From positions 33,294,001 through 33,358,000 of the forward strand of contig NC_045138.2 in NCBI RefSeq assembly GCF_008831285.2: 64,000 bases of DNA. Direction: 5' to 3'. The stretch comes from Nymphaea colorata. Lineage: Eukaryota. A program made the position numbers and the translations under genes. Below, piece after piece: positions 13,303 through 25,971 of this stretch (positions are counted from its first letter, which is position 1; each line of letters begins with the position of its first letter). Below the pieces are notes generated by a model. That model did no database searches and was not told the origin of the DNA. It worked only from the letters and a program-made list of their open reading frames with translations.

Positions 13303-15729
13303 TCATACTGAAAAGGAACTTTTAGCCTGACAAGTGCTCGAGTCTGTGGTCTGCAGTTTAGAACTTCTGTCAGATCCGTCAGAGAAGAAGACAATGTTTT
13401 CTTGGTGGCTCACGAGAACCTGAAGAGACCTCGGCACAGGTGGCTTGCCAAACTCCAAGAGTTTCTCAAAAACCTGAACTACTTGCCCCATAGAGGGCCT
13501 AGAATTCTCTTCATCCTGAATACACCATATAGCAATTCTACAAGCTATGGTGAGCTCTCCCACATCCGCTTCACCTCCCAATCTAGGATCAAGCAACGCA
13601 AACTCTTCGCTCTCAAGAATTTTGTTCGCAGCCCAAGTAGGAAAATACCCGACCTTCCCATCCTCAGAGTGCTCCACATTTCTCCTCCCTGAGATCAACT
13701 CTAACAGCATCATTCCATAGCTATAAACGTCAGCCTTAGCCGTAATTGGCAAACCGGAGAGCCATTCTGGTGCAAGGTAACCCCTTGTGCCTCTGAAAGT
13801 TGTCAAGACCCGGCTAAATTCTCGACCTAAGAGCTTGGCCAACCCAAAATCAGCGACCTTGGGGCAGAATTGAGCATCAAGAAGGATGTTTTCTGGCTTG
13901 ATATCACAATGTATGATGCAGTCTCTACATTTTTCATGAAGGTAGCTTATTCCTCTTGCTGTCCCAACTGCAATTTCATATCTTGTTCTCCAATTTAGTG
14001 GTTCAGAATTGAAATTAAACAGATGGAAATCCAATGATCCGTTCTGCATGAAATCATAAACAAGCAACCTTTTCATACCTTCTGAGCAAAACCCACGAAG
14101 GCGAACAAGATTGACATGTTGGATTGTCCCGATTGTGCTGACCTCAGTTCTGAATTGCTTCTCCCCCTGCCTCGGGCCTTCTAGTTTCTTTACAGCAACA
14201 ACTGATGAATCAGGCAGAGTTCCCTTGAAAACGGAGCCAAAACCGCCTCCTCCCAACTTATCTGAGAAATTTTTTGTCGCAGTTTGCAAATCTTTATATC
14301 TAAAAGATACTAGCATTCCCTGCATCTTTGAATCCTGAGAGCTTGAGAGCTTTCTGAATATCCAAACCAACAACCAAATGATCACTAGAATAGCCAGAAC
14401 ACTGCCTACCGAGACTCCAATAATCACAGTAGCAGCATTTTTCTTATTAAGCACTCTGTCGAGCGTCTCCAAATTAGAAACACGAACATAAATACTGTTT
14501 TCATTACCAACAGACTGCTGCCGGAGATTCAGAAGGCCTCCTTTCCATATTAAGCACCCACTATTTTGATAAGAGTAGGCAGTACATGAACAATCTTCTA
14601 GGCAAGCTGATTTACAACCCTCGGCATTGTTCACTCTCACTGTACTATTATTTGCAGGAGAGTTCAGCCCCGGTTGCAAGGAAAATTGATCTCTCTCACA
14701 CTGCAATGCGACCTTTCTCCTGCAACCTCCAGACCAATCCGACAATCCCCAGACTTGAGGAGATGCTGGTTCAAACCCGTCAACGCAATTGCAAGGATTC
14801 TGCTTATCCTGATCACAAACCCCAAAATCTCCACAGAGACCATATACTTCACATTGATCTCTTGGCTGTGCCCAGAACACGATCCATTGTTGTGATTCTT
14901 CGACCCATGTCAATTGCTTGATCTGCCCAGATAGGTCTATGACAAACTTTGTCAAGATGCTGCTATTGTAGACCGAATACGTGAAGTATCTAGCTGTGTC
15001 ATTTTCAACAAAGCTGAAATTATAGAGGTAGTTGGCTCTCATCTCTGGCACTCCACTGAAAGTTTGATTGTTCCAAACTCCGCTGGTCCAGTACTGCTGG
15101 GTCCTATTCCAAACTATAAAATATTGAGCAGATCCATTTGGGTCGAGCTCTAGAGAGAATGGCCCAGGAGAGGGATCCTCTTTATTCTTCCACGAAGTAA
15201 GTAGTTGATTTTCATTTGTTACCTTATTAAGTCCCAGACTTCCACCAGGCAACCAAGTATGCGTCGGGTGACTGAAACTGTCCCACAATTTGTCAGAAGA
15301 ATTAGCATCTCTCAGGACAAGATTACCACTGTCTTCAAGGACAACAATTCTTGAAGGTGAACTTGGAGTTGAAGTCACGTTCGTAGACCAAGAGATGACT
15401 TTTGATTGTGTCAGAAGGACCAAGTTGCCATCTTCTGAGATCTTGAACTCCGCTGTGTTGTCCTGGAGAGGTTTGTCTCTATTGGCTACCCACACCACGT
15501 TGTCGGTTGGAATTTGCTTGTACCGGATGCCCAGGTAGTATCTTTTTGGGTTGCCAAGGAAGACGTACCCCAACTCAAATACGCCTTTCGAGGAGGTAAT
15601 TGTCTGGTTCCCCGTGAGAGCTTGGCCTGAAGAGATAGTGTTTGCTGCAAAAATTTGACTGCCGTAACAGCAGAAGAGCAGGGAACAAAGGAGAATTCTG
15701 AGCCATGGCAGCAACATCCAAGAACCCAT
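13303..15729 (-). CDS. G-type lectin S-receptor-like Ser/Thr kinase (SD2 type, intronless), copy A, 808 aa
   Basis: Signal peptide, B-lectin (VVWVANRDKP, LEDSGNLVL), S-locus glycoprotein, EGF-like (CEVYGLCG), PAN (CSCTAYSY), TM helix, and kinase motifs LGGGGFGSVFKG, VAVKKL, HCDIKPENILL, DFGLAK, GTRGYLAPEW. Confidence 0.96.
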   Translation of the reverse strand: MGSWMLLPWLRILLCSLLFCCYGSQIFAANTISSGQALTGNQTITSSKGVFELGYVFLGNPKRYYLGIRYKQIPTDNVVWVANRDKPLQDNTAEFKISEDGNLVLLTQSKVISWSTNVTSTPSSPSRIVVLEDSGNLVLRDANSSDKLWDSFSHPTHTWLPGGSLGLNKVTNENQLLTSWKNKEDPSPGPFSLELDPNGSAQYFIVWNRTQQYWTSGVWNNQTFSGVPEMRANYLYNFSFVENDTARYFTYSVYNSSILTKFVIDLSGQIKQLTWVEESQQWIVFWAQPRDQCEVYGLCGDFGVCDQDKQNPCNCVDGFEPASPQVWGLSDWSGGCRRKVALQCERDQFSLQPGLNSPANNSTVRVNNAEGCKSACLEDCSCTAYSYQNSGCLIWKGGLLNLRQQSVGNENSIYVRVSNLETLDRVLNKKNAATVIIGVSVGSVLAILVIIWLLVWIFRKLSSSQDSKMQGMLVSFRYKDLQTATKNFSDKLGGGGFGSVFKGTLPDSSVVAVKKLEGPRQGEKQFRTEVSTIGTIQHVNLVRLRGFCSEGMKRLLVYDFMQNGSLDFHLFNFNSEPLNWRTRYEIAVGTARGISYLHEKCRDCIIHCDIKPENILLDAQFCPKVADFGLAKLLGREFSRVLTTFRGTRGYLAPEWLSGLPITAKADVYSYGMMLLELISGRRNVEHSEDGKVGYFPTWAANKILESEEFALLDPRLGGEADVGELTIACRIAIWCIQDEENSRPSMGQVVQVFEKLLEFGKPPVPRSLQVLVSHQENIVFFSDGSDRSSKLQTTDSSTCQAKSSFSV

Positions 15730-18130
15730 TGGGCCTCCTCACGGTCTGCAAATGGTAACAGGTAGTGACCTCACAACACCGACTTAGTAGCCACCAAACC
15801 TGCATAACAACAGAGAGTTTACCATAGCAGTCTATGAAATGGTCAGCAGGTAGGAGGAGGCCGTGGAAAAAGAAAGAGATTCCAAGAAATATCTTAATTC
15901 CAACAATGACCTCATAATTTCTATTTCTTTACAAGAATTGATCGTGTTCAATTCGGCCAAGTCCACTATCCATGCCCATTTGTCGGTTAGAAATAAACCA
16001 ATCGCTGCACTTTCAGCCAAATCTGCTTGTAGAATCGATTCTTTATCGGGTTCAATCTCATTTACTTGAGCCCTTCCATAACTTCACCCCATTCAAGTCA
16101 AATCTATTAGGCAACAAGGGTTGCATTCACTAGGACTTCCAACTTGAAACAGGTTACGAGTTCAGTAAACAGAAATGTTTCTCTCTTGACATAATCTAGT
16201 AAGGGAGTGTCTAACCTCAGATTGCCTAACATCCAAAAGAGATTGGCCAAAGCCAACTGCCACGGATTTGAGTGTCTGTAATGAACCACAAAACAAAAGT
16301 AATCTCGAGTTGCGTGTTGCAGACGTCTATAGGGCGATCACCAGTAGACCAATTATGGACAGGGGCAATAGGATAAGGCAGAGCATCATGGTTGGTGAGT
16401 GATTGAGGGTCGGAAGGACGAGAGATAACACGGTCGAAGTGGAGGAGGCAGCACCGCTTCCGGTTTTTCCGAATGGCCATCATCGACCAACAAGACCACC
16501 CTCAGGTGTGAGAAGGGGTCTGCCTTGTGGTGAACAACAGTAGCCACGGTCGAGGGCCGAGGAAGAGGGGCCGAGAGGGCATTGGCCCTTGAGGCCAGAG
16601 TTGGAGCTGAGGGGCTGGCCAGGCCGTGGGACCTGTGGTGCCAGTGTCGACGCTGAGTCGAACTTAGGTCGGCAAGCTGGGAGTGCAGGACAGCCTCCCT
16701 GCCAATTCAAAGATTGTGCAGTCCAGAATGATGCCGATCGTTGCAGGAGCCTCCTACTTCTACGACAAGAGGTCAAAGGAAAGTGGGACACTCGGCAGCT
16801 TACCTGGCACGACCATAACCAGCCAGTGCAGACGGAGCCAGAAATTTTACGGTCAGAGACGCCAATATAGTAAATAAAATAATCATAGATCACGCAAGAA
16901 CAAAAAGCATTTAGTGCACGAGACACTGCTTTGCGTTGTTACAGACGCGAATTGAACTACACTCACCACCGATATAACCTTTAACCTCAAGCATTTGAAT
17001 GGCCCCATAATCCATTTGCAACAGGTAGAATCAACATGAAGGAAAACTAGAACAGCCGGAATGCCTTTCAAATTTGCAGTGCTTACCATGTCAAAGTTTA
17101 CAGCTACAAGAAAAAAACAAAGTTTCGACACCGAAAATCCAGAATAGCTGCATGCTTTTAGTGTTCAAACTGGAGAACAAATCCAAGACATACAGTTTTG
17201 CATTCAAGTGGCATATATAGCCCAACTTTTAAGGGCATCAACACGCCTGAATGACCTTCACAGTCAAAAGAAGTAGTTCCCACCCATTATTTTATAAGAA
17301 CTTTCTAGACCTCTAGTAAATAACACCTACACAAGCATCTAAAAAATAATATTTTTTACCATGTCTCTAGTGCTCATGCAAAAATTATTATAACAGAAAA
17401 ATATCATCATCAATCTCACCAAGTAAATAACTAATAACGGTAATTAGTTTTAAACGTAGACAGCATAAATGTCAAATTACCATTAAATCAAATTCTCCAT
17501 GTTTCAATAAGAAGCCAATGACCATGATTAAACGTTCTTCTAACCAGAACTTCCATCCGGTAGGTATGTTCAGAGACCAGGAAAGGTGTCTGTAAACAAA
17601 TGCGTAAAATAATGGCGCGTACAGTTGAAAAACAATTGAATGACACAAGCAAGAGCAAAAGTAGAACCACCAAAAAGTCCATAATAAATGAAGAAACACC
17701 CAAATAAAAGATCCTAAAATGGCCAACTTCCCCAAATCAAGAAGAAGAAGAAGAGACAGAGAAAGGTTACATGGGTAGGAGGTTGGCACCCATTTTATGG
17801 AATTTCAGGACTCCGACAGCGAATTGAGTGGTTCTCAAAGCGGATTATGTGCCAATTTTCATGAAATAGGAAAACTGAGATTCCTACAGGCCGGCTCGGA
17901 AATTTCAAGAGGAAGGGAGAGAGGCTCTCACACGGCAGGCGTCAGGTGGCCAACGGTGGGATGTGGTTCATGGAGGAAAGGAGGGAGGGAGAGAGAGAGA
18001 GAGCGCGAGAGAGAGAGACTCACGTTGTGGCCGACGGTGGGACTCCTCAAGCTCGTTGGGCAATGGCAGGACTCCTCAAGCTCGACACTTCATGGCGGTC
18101 TTGGGACGATGAAGCCGAATGAAGCAGTGG

Positions 18131-18251
18131 CGGAACTAAACGAAGCAGCGGAATTAAGCGGCGCCGGAACTAACCGAAGCAGCGGAATTAAGCGGCGCCG
18201 GAACTAACCGAAGCAGCGGAATTAAGCAGCGCCGGAACTAAACGAAGCAGC
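18131..18251. repeat. 34-bp GC-rich tandem repeat, ~3.5 copies
   Basis: Unit GAAGCAGCGGAATTAAGCGGCGCCGGAACTAA(C/A)C starts at 18142, 18176 and 18210, with a partial copy at 18244. Confidence 0.9.
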
Positions 18252-20714
18252 TTGGGGCCGGCTCTCGACCCAGGTTACAAGTCAAGCAAGTGCCAAAGAA
18301 CAAGAGAGGCACAAGCAGCACGGGCTTTGACATGCTGTCCATTCCCTCCATCTTTGGCCGCCAATTTTCAAGATTTTTATTTGGGAACGGACCAGAAGGC
18401 GAAGCCCCAAACTTTTTCTGTACAAGTCTACCTCAACACCGTCTTCTGTTTACACTTAACCGAGATCTAGTTTTGGGTAAAGTTCAGTTAAACTGATAAA
18501 GACCAAGACTTTTTGGCGGTGAAACTTGGCTAACATAATTTGGCAACTGTGTTAGATCCTGGGACACTTATCACGCGGAATTATCGCGATGTAGGACCCT
18601 CTCCCCTTCGACTCACGTAGCTCCTGGAAGAAGCTCTCCCCAGACGATTTATTGTCTTGTCAGAAAGCAAGACTGAATTCCAACTTCCCAAGTGATTTAT
18701 GTGGACATACGGGAGGAAGAACGCAAGAATGGGTAATCTGTCAATGGTTGATCGCACGCAGGTCAAGAGATATTTTTTGCAAGGGAGAAATGTATGCCTT
18801 ATAAAAATTGCGTGCCGTATGTGGTACTCTCTTTACAGGTCTTTAGGAACTGTTAGAGTCAGTCAGCCTATCAGCTTTTACTTAGTTCAAACCGGCTCAC
18901 TTTAACTCAAGACAACCCATTGAACCAAATCACCTGTTCTTTATAAATCATCATGACATCTTTAGATCTGACCAAGCTCACGCCATGATCGCCTTAGTGC
19001 AACCTAACTTAAATCTAAGTTACTTCGAGTTACAGGATCCAGATTTTTCAATTCATTTTGGTAGCTTTCTTTCGCCTAGATGAAAACTACGTGTAAGTTT
19101 GCTTTTTCGAGCAGGCCTTTCCTGGTCTTGACAAAGGCATGACAAATGGAGAAAAATAAATTTAAAAAGGTCGCTTTATTCAAGGAAACATCGTGAGTTA
19201 TCTCTCTTTTTATTTAATGCATTTCCATTTTGTCCGCACAAGTGGATGTCGCGGACAGGGCGTTCTGTAGCACAAAGGAACAGGATCTTGGCGTCTCTTG
19301 TTTTGCACCTCCTTCCACCTGCATGCCCCTCCGGGTAAGCACGCAGGTGTTCCTCACCAGCTTGAAGGATATCAATCAAACGTCATCTAAAGCCACAGTG
19401 ATGACGACGTAAATAAAACATATTGGTCTCACAAAAATTCTTATTAACCGTGCACCTCTCATCTTCCACATTTAAGAGGACAAATAAATGAACATGAAAC
19501 GGACATCTCCACCTGAGGTCATAATTTGCTGGATGAACTACCAACAATTAATATATGATGGAAAGGTAGTTGAGATTGCACATCCTTCATAACTACAGCT
19601 GATTAAATTTGTAAGTTTGAGCATCCTATTTAGGACACAGCGCTTCAAATAGATCGGATCTAATTCAGGTTGAACCCGAGTCTAACCTTTAAGCAAAATG
19701 GGTCTCAGTTTACTAGCTTCTCCAGGAATGAGTCCAAAGAAAACGCTTTAAGCAACCATACTTTCAAACCTGGATGTGCACATTTTTTTTTGTATAAAAT
19801 AAGGTATATTGAATCAACAAACTTTAAAAAAAAAAAGCCAGCGAGCTAAACAAAAACAGCTAAATAGGAATTTTTAAAACAAGTGATTTTTGTTTTTTTT
19901 AAAATATGATGCTATTCTTAAAATTGTTTCAGCCTTCAGAATCTGATATTTGTGAGGGTAGCCAACAACAGAAACGACACCTGGAAAACCTACCTAAGCG
20001 TGTCAAATCAAGGCCCAGTTCAACTACCATTCAAGTCCTGTGAATCTAGTTTAGCAGTTGATGGATTTCAAGTTAAAAATAAATTAAATTGGTTAAAGGG
20101 AAAGCATAACTGGAGTCATCTGTTGAAGTCCAAGTTATTTGTCAATTCAAGTAACATTGAAAATTCTTCGATTTACTGGTAGGTGCAAGGAGATGACGGT
20201 CTCGAGCGAAAGCGTTGTAATGTTCAATTGCCTTCAGGACACGACACTGAAGTCCTCCAATCAGAAACCTGAACAGTTCTTCATAGGGATGCAGAAATTG
20301 GGAACTTGCGGGCTTCGCTAGATTTTAGTTCACAACTTTCTAACTTCCTTATATTACTTTATCAGTCAGAGAGCAGATATTCAAATAATGCCAACCTTTC
20401 AGCCATCCTGGATTCTAGACTTCTGGAGAACAAAACCAGTGATCAACTTGGATCAACAGAATACATCCTACACCACACAAACTTCTTAATTTTCTTGTCA
20501 GACTCCTCTGAAATACTAAATCTTTCAGTGATGCAGACCATGCTTTTACAGCCCTCTTAACTCTCCAGATATATGTATCTGTTCATCAATCTCATAGGCC
20601 TTACGACATCTAAGACTGATTCAGATTTCCAAGTCACAGATAGGCCTAAGATTTCTCTTGAACCATTGCAGGAGAGGTCGCATCATTGGTCTTCTTTGCA
20701 CACAAGTCCCAAGT

Positions 20715-21332
20715 TGTTGGGATAAAATGGATTGGACACTAGTTTACTAAAATAATTCAACAACAAACTATAGCCCAATAGATCATGCAATAAACAACGA
20801 ATCAACGACCAAGCACTCCAACCAAACGAATCACAATCACAAACTGCACGAGAAATTTTTTACGTGAAAAAACCTCTCAAAACAATGAGGGTAAAAAACC
20901 ACGGGGTACTACGACCCAAACTCAATCCACTATAATCAATGATAGAAGTTATTCGACGAGGGGCTACAAAAAGCCAACCCTCAAACAATAATATCTCATC
21001 AAAACAATATAAGATAAACAAAGAGAATATCACCGATGGAATGCAGAAATCGTGGATTGAGAGGAGATGCATCTAGCTTCCTCCTCGATATCAAATCTTG
21101 CTCAAGCCAAATGCTCGCACTCTTTTCTTCCTTGCCTTCCTCTTCTCCTTCTCTCCTCTTGTTGTGCAGCCACAAGATCTCCCCTTTCTTTTTTCCCCAA
21201 AAGAGAAAACCTAAGAGAGAGAGACGTGTGCAAGATGGGGGGGCACCATCAGGTGCCCTCCCTTTTCCTCTGCCCATCACTTAAGTGACGGGCCGGATCG
21301 GGTCCTCTCAGGAGGCTGGACCCGACCCAACA
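20715..21332 (-). repeat. 3' LTR of Copia element (618 bp)
   Basis: Plus strand starts TGTTGGG and ends CCCAACA; direct repeat of 25388-25971; followed by AACTCCTCCTCT, the complement of the PPT. Confidence 0.95.
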
Positions 21333-21415
21333 AACTCCTCCTCTAGCCTCAAGTGAGGGAAAATACCTGCAAAATGAACAAAATTAATATACTGTCTTAA
21401 AGACAGTCATCTCAA

Positions 21416-24400
21416 CTAAGTCTCTACACATATCATTTTCTTTTTAGGTAGAGACTTTGTCATCATATCTGCAGGATTATTATCTATTTGGATTTTATCA
21501 AGAACAAGCTGCTTCGACTCTAAAACATCACGTATCCAATGATACCTCACGTCTATGTGCTTTGACCTTGCATGAAAAGCAGAATTCTTTCCAAGGTGAA
21601 TAGCACTCTGACTGTCACAATAAAGCACATACTCGTCTTAACTAAACTTAAGTTCCTGCATGAACCTCTTCATCCATAGTAACTCCTTGCTTGCCTCTGT
21701 AGCTGCAATAAACTCTGCTTCAATAGTAGATAATACTACATATTTTCGAAGACTGGATTGCCAAGAAACTGTACCACATGCATATGTCAATAAATATCCA
21801 GATATAGATCTTCTCCCATTAATGTCTCCTGTCATGTCTGAATCTATATAGCTAACAAGAATGATTTTTTTACCCCAAAACAAAGTGAAAAACTGCTAGT
21901 CCCATGATGATATCTCAAAATTCATTTTACTGCTTCCCAGTGTTTATTTTCTGGATTTGAGACAAACCGACTAACAACTTCAACTGAATGAGCAATATCA
22001 CGTATAATACATACCATAACATACATCAGACTACTTGTGGTTGAGGCATAGAGAATCTTCTACATATCTTTCTTTTCTGAATCTGTCATTGAACTCTGCT
22101 TGGTGCTCAACTTGAAATGCACCGCAAGAGGGGTGGTAATAGGCTTTGCCTTGTCCATGTGAAATCTTTGAAGTACCTTCTCGATGTACTTCTCCTTAGA
22201 TAGCCATAACTTCTTCGACTTTCTATCTCGCGTGATCTTCATACCCAAAATCTGACTAGCAGGTCCCAAGTCCTTCATAGCAAAAGATTTGCTCAACTCC
22301 TTTTTCAAGCTTGAAATTCTTGATATATTATTGCCAACAATAAGCATGTCATCAACATAAATCAACAAAATGACAAAATCATTACCTGAGAATTTCTTCA
22401 TAAAGACGCAGTGATCTGAGGTAGTCTTAGTGTAGCCATACTCCCCCATAAATGACTCGAACTTCTTGTACCACTGCCTAGGTGCCTGCGTCAGACCATA
22501 CAAACTTTTCTTTAATCTGTAAACATGGTTTTCTTTATCTTTCACAAGAAAACCTTCGAGCTGCATCATGTAAATTTCCTCATTAAGATCACCATGAAGA
22601 AAAGCTGACTTCACATCCATCTGCTCGATCTCCAAGTCAAGACTGGCTGCCAAACTGAGAACAATTTTGATAGACGACATCTTGACCACCAGTGAGAATA
22701 TCTCGTCAAAGTCAACTCCCTTTTTCTGTTAAACCCCTTCACAACCAACCTAGCTTTGTATCTTGGGTTTAGAGAGCTTTTATCATGCTTCACTCTAAAA
22801 ACTCATTTGTTTCTCAATGCCCTCTTGCTTTGGGGCAACTCTACAAGCTCGAAAGTGTGGTTGTCGTAAAGTGACTGTATCTCATCTTTCATGGCTTCCA
22901 TCCATTTTTCCTTGTGCACATAATGTATAGCTTCTTCATAGCATTCAGGCTCACCACTGTCAGTCAACAAAATATAGTCACGTACGAGATATCTAGTTGA
23001 GGGATGCCTCTCCCTCGTGGATCTCCGCTGCCGATTTGCATCTGAGGAAAAACCATCCAAATTCTGATCGTGATCTGAATTAGGAATATCTGGCATGTTT
23101 ATTTATCCTTCTCTATCATGTATCTGCCCAACAACATCATCTGGCACTGTTTTTGGAGTATTCTGCAAGAGAATAGGTTCCACATCAACTAGCTAATAGC
23201 TACTATAAGAAAATCCTTTACTGCTTTCTGAATATTCTCAATATTCTGATCTTCAGCAAATACCACATTCCTGCTTCTGACAAGCTTCTTTTCAACTGGA
23301 TCATACAATCTGTAACCAAATTCATCATGGCCGCAACCCAAAAACACGCACTGCCTGCTTTTTTATTCTAACTTCGAACTCTCATCCTTTGGTATATGCA
23401 CAAATGTCTTGCATCCAAATACACGTAAGTGCTCATAGGATATATTCTTCCCATACCAAACTCTATTAGGAACATTACCATCCAAAGAAATATGTGGAGA
23501 CAAGTTAATCACATAAGCAGCAGTATGTAAAGCTTCACACCAAAAAGAATAAGATAACTTAGCTTCAGATAGGAGACATCTAACTCTCTCCATGAGTGTC
23601 ATGTTCATTCATTCTGTCACGCCATTCAACCGAGGAGTCTTAGGTGAAGTCTTTTGGTGTCTGATGTCATGAGATCTGTAATACTCATCAAATGGACCAA
23701 TATACTCTCCCTCATTATCGCTGCGAACACACTTCAGCTTCTTTCATAACTGTCTTTCAACCAGTGCATGAAAGTCCTTCAAAATACCAAGGACTTGGTC
23801 TTTCCTCTTCAAAGAATAGACCCAAAATTTTTTAGAAAAATCATCAATAAACGTGACAAAATAAAGTGCACCACCATGTGAACTTACTTTCATATGACCA
23901 CATACATCTGTATGAACCAACTCAACTGCTTCTGACTTTCTGGAAGGTGGATGACTCTTGAAAGAGACTCGCGTTTGCTTCCCTGTAAAACAATGACTGC
24001 ATTTATCAAGTTCATCCTTCTTTACATCTAGGAGAAGATTCTTCTTGATCAAGAACTGCAGTCCCTTGTCACTCATATGTTCCAACCTCTTATGCCACAA
24101 CTCAATAGATTTCTCATCTTGTGTCATATGCACAATGTCTTTGAAAATCGATGCCTGCATAGTAAAAAGATTATTGCTGCATTTCTTGCCTCGAGCAATA
24201 ATCAAGGAACCTCCGGTAATCTTCCATTGGCCATCACCAAAAGTATTGTGGTACCCTTCTTCATCGAGTCTTCCTGCAGAGATAAGGTTCAGATGCATGT
24301 CTCACTTCTGTCAACTTCAATAGGGCTCCATTTGCATTCTTCAGAATAACGTCGCCTCTGCCTATAACCTGAGACAAAGAACCATTATCCATTTTCAAAG

Positions 24401-25368
24401 TGCCAAAATCACCAGACATATATGAAGAGAAAAAATCCTTATGAGAAGTAACATGAAGAGCTGAACCACTATCAACAAGCCAACAAGTATCATATCTGGC
24501 AATATTAACCATGTCAGCATCACAAACCATGAACATTTCATGTTGTGCAGCAATTGTGACATTATCATCTCGGTCATTTTTCTTCTCTTGTTTCTCTCCA
24601 ATTCTAACTCATTCTTCAGTTGAAAGCAATACTTCCTTATGTGCCCTTTCTTTCTATAGTGGTGACATTCCAAATTCTTATATTTGGATCAGGACTTGCT
24701 TCTGTTTTTATCTCTGCTCCTGTCACTCTTGAATTTACTCCTCCCCTTGTTCTTTGTGAAAAGAACCTCTGTCTAAGAAGAACAGACCTGAGATTTTCTT
24801 CTCATCTCCTCATTGAGAATACCCGACTTAACAATCTCTAAAGAAACAACCACATTAGCTGCAGAATTAGTAAGCGAAACTCTAAATATCTCCCACGAAT
24901 CAGGCAAAGTAGCAAGCAATAATAATCCCACAATCTCATCTTCAAATTTAACACCCATACTGAATAACTGACTGGTGATCCCCTGAAAATCATTTAGAAA
25001 ATCTGACATTGAACTGCCCTCTCTGAATATCAAATTCATCAATCTTTTCAGAAGAAATAGTTTACTACTTCCTGTCTTGGAGGCATAAAGATTTTCTAAT
25101 TTTATCCACAACTACATGCATGATTTTCATCTTGGATATGGTTGTAAACATTTTCATCCACAAATTGTCGAATGAAACCACAAACTTGTTCATGTTCAAA
25201 TTCTCATTCCTCATCAGACTCAAAATTGGGCTTTTCTTTGGAAAAAACTGGAAGGTGCATAGCCTTCACATATAAGAAATCTTTCATCTTATTTTTCCAT
25301 AGACTATAATTAGTCTCATTTAGGTTAATCATACTGCTAGTACCAAAATCAATTTTGTTATCCACCAT
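21416..25368 (-). pseudogene. Copia gag-pol polyprotein broken by stops and frameshifts
   Basis: Likely start ATG at 25368 ([25 protein letters not shown]). Fragments: gag, a degenerate zinc knuckle (ECHHYRKKGHIRKYC), protease WLVDSGSALH, integrase LWHKRL..VHTDVCG..FIDDFS, RT MDVKSAFLHGDL..YVDDMLI, RNase H CDSQSAIHL..HARSKHIDVRYH. Confidence 0.92.
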
Positions 25369-25387
25369 GTTGGCTCTCATACCACTT

Positions 25388-25971
25388 TGTTGGGATAAAA
25401 TGGATTGGACACTAGTCTACTAAAATAATTCAACAACAAACTATAGCCCAATAGATCATGCAATAAGCAACGAATCAATGACCAAACACTCCAACCAAAC
25501 GAATCACAATGCATGAGAAATTTTTTACGTAGAAAAACCCCTCAAAACAATGAGGGTAAAAAACCACGGGGTACTACAACCCAAACTCAATCCACTATAA
25601 TCAATGATAGAAGTTGTCCCACGAGGAGCTACACATAGCCAACCCTCAAACAATAATATCTCATCAAAACAATATGAGATAAACAAACAGAATATCACCG
25701 ATGGAATGCAGAAATCATGGATTGGGAGGAGATGCGTCTGGCTTCTTCCTCGATATCAAATCTTGCTTAAGCCAAATGCTCGCAGCCTTCCTCTTCTCCT
25801 TCTCTCCTCTTGTTGTGCAGCCACAAGATCTCCCCTTTCTTTTTTCCCCAAAAGAGAAAACCTAAGAGATAGAGACATGTGAGAGATGGGGGGCCACCAT
25901 CGAGTGCCCTCCCTTTTTCTCCGCTGACGGGCTGGATCGGGTCCTCTCAGGAGGCTGGACCCGACCCAACA
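25388..25971 (-). repeat. 5' LTR of Copia element (584 bp)
   Basis: Direct repeat of 20715-21332 with substitutions and indels; adjacent to the PBS. Confidence 0.95.

Larger units (their letters stand above)
20715..25971 (-). mobile_element. Full-length, decayed Ty1/Copia LTR retrotransposon (Tnt1-like)
   Basis: TG..CA LTRs at 20715-21332 and 25388-25971; 5-bp TSD CAAGT at 20710-20714 and 25972-25976. PBS TGGTATGAGAGC (tRNA-iMet-like) at ~25373-25384 and PPT next to 21333 on the minus strand. Domain order gag-protease-integrase-RT-RNaseH. Confidence 0.97.

Noticed and set aside
14111..15538. Plus-strand ORFs repeated at 27973-29400
   Set aside because: These are antisense shadows of the near-identical kinase genes.
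18131..18251. 34-bp repeat array of CRISPR-like length
   Set aside because: Units are contiguous with no unique spacers, there are no cas genes, and the context is eukaryotic.
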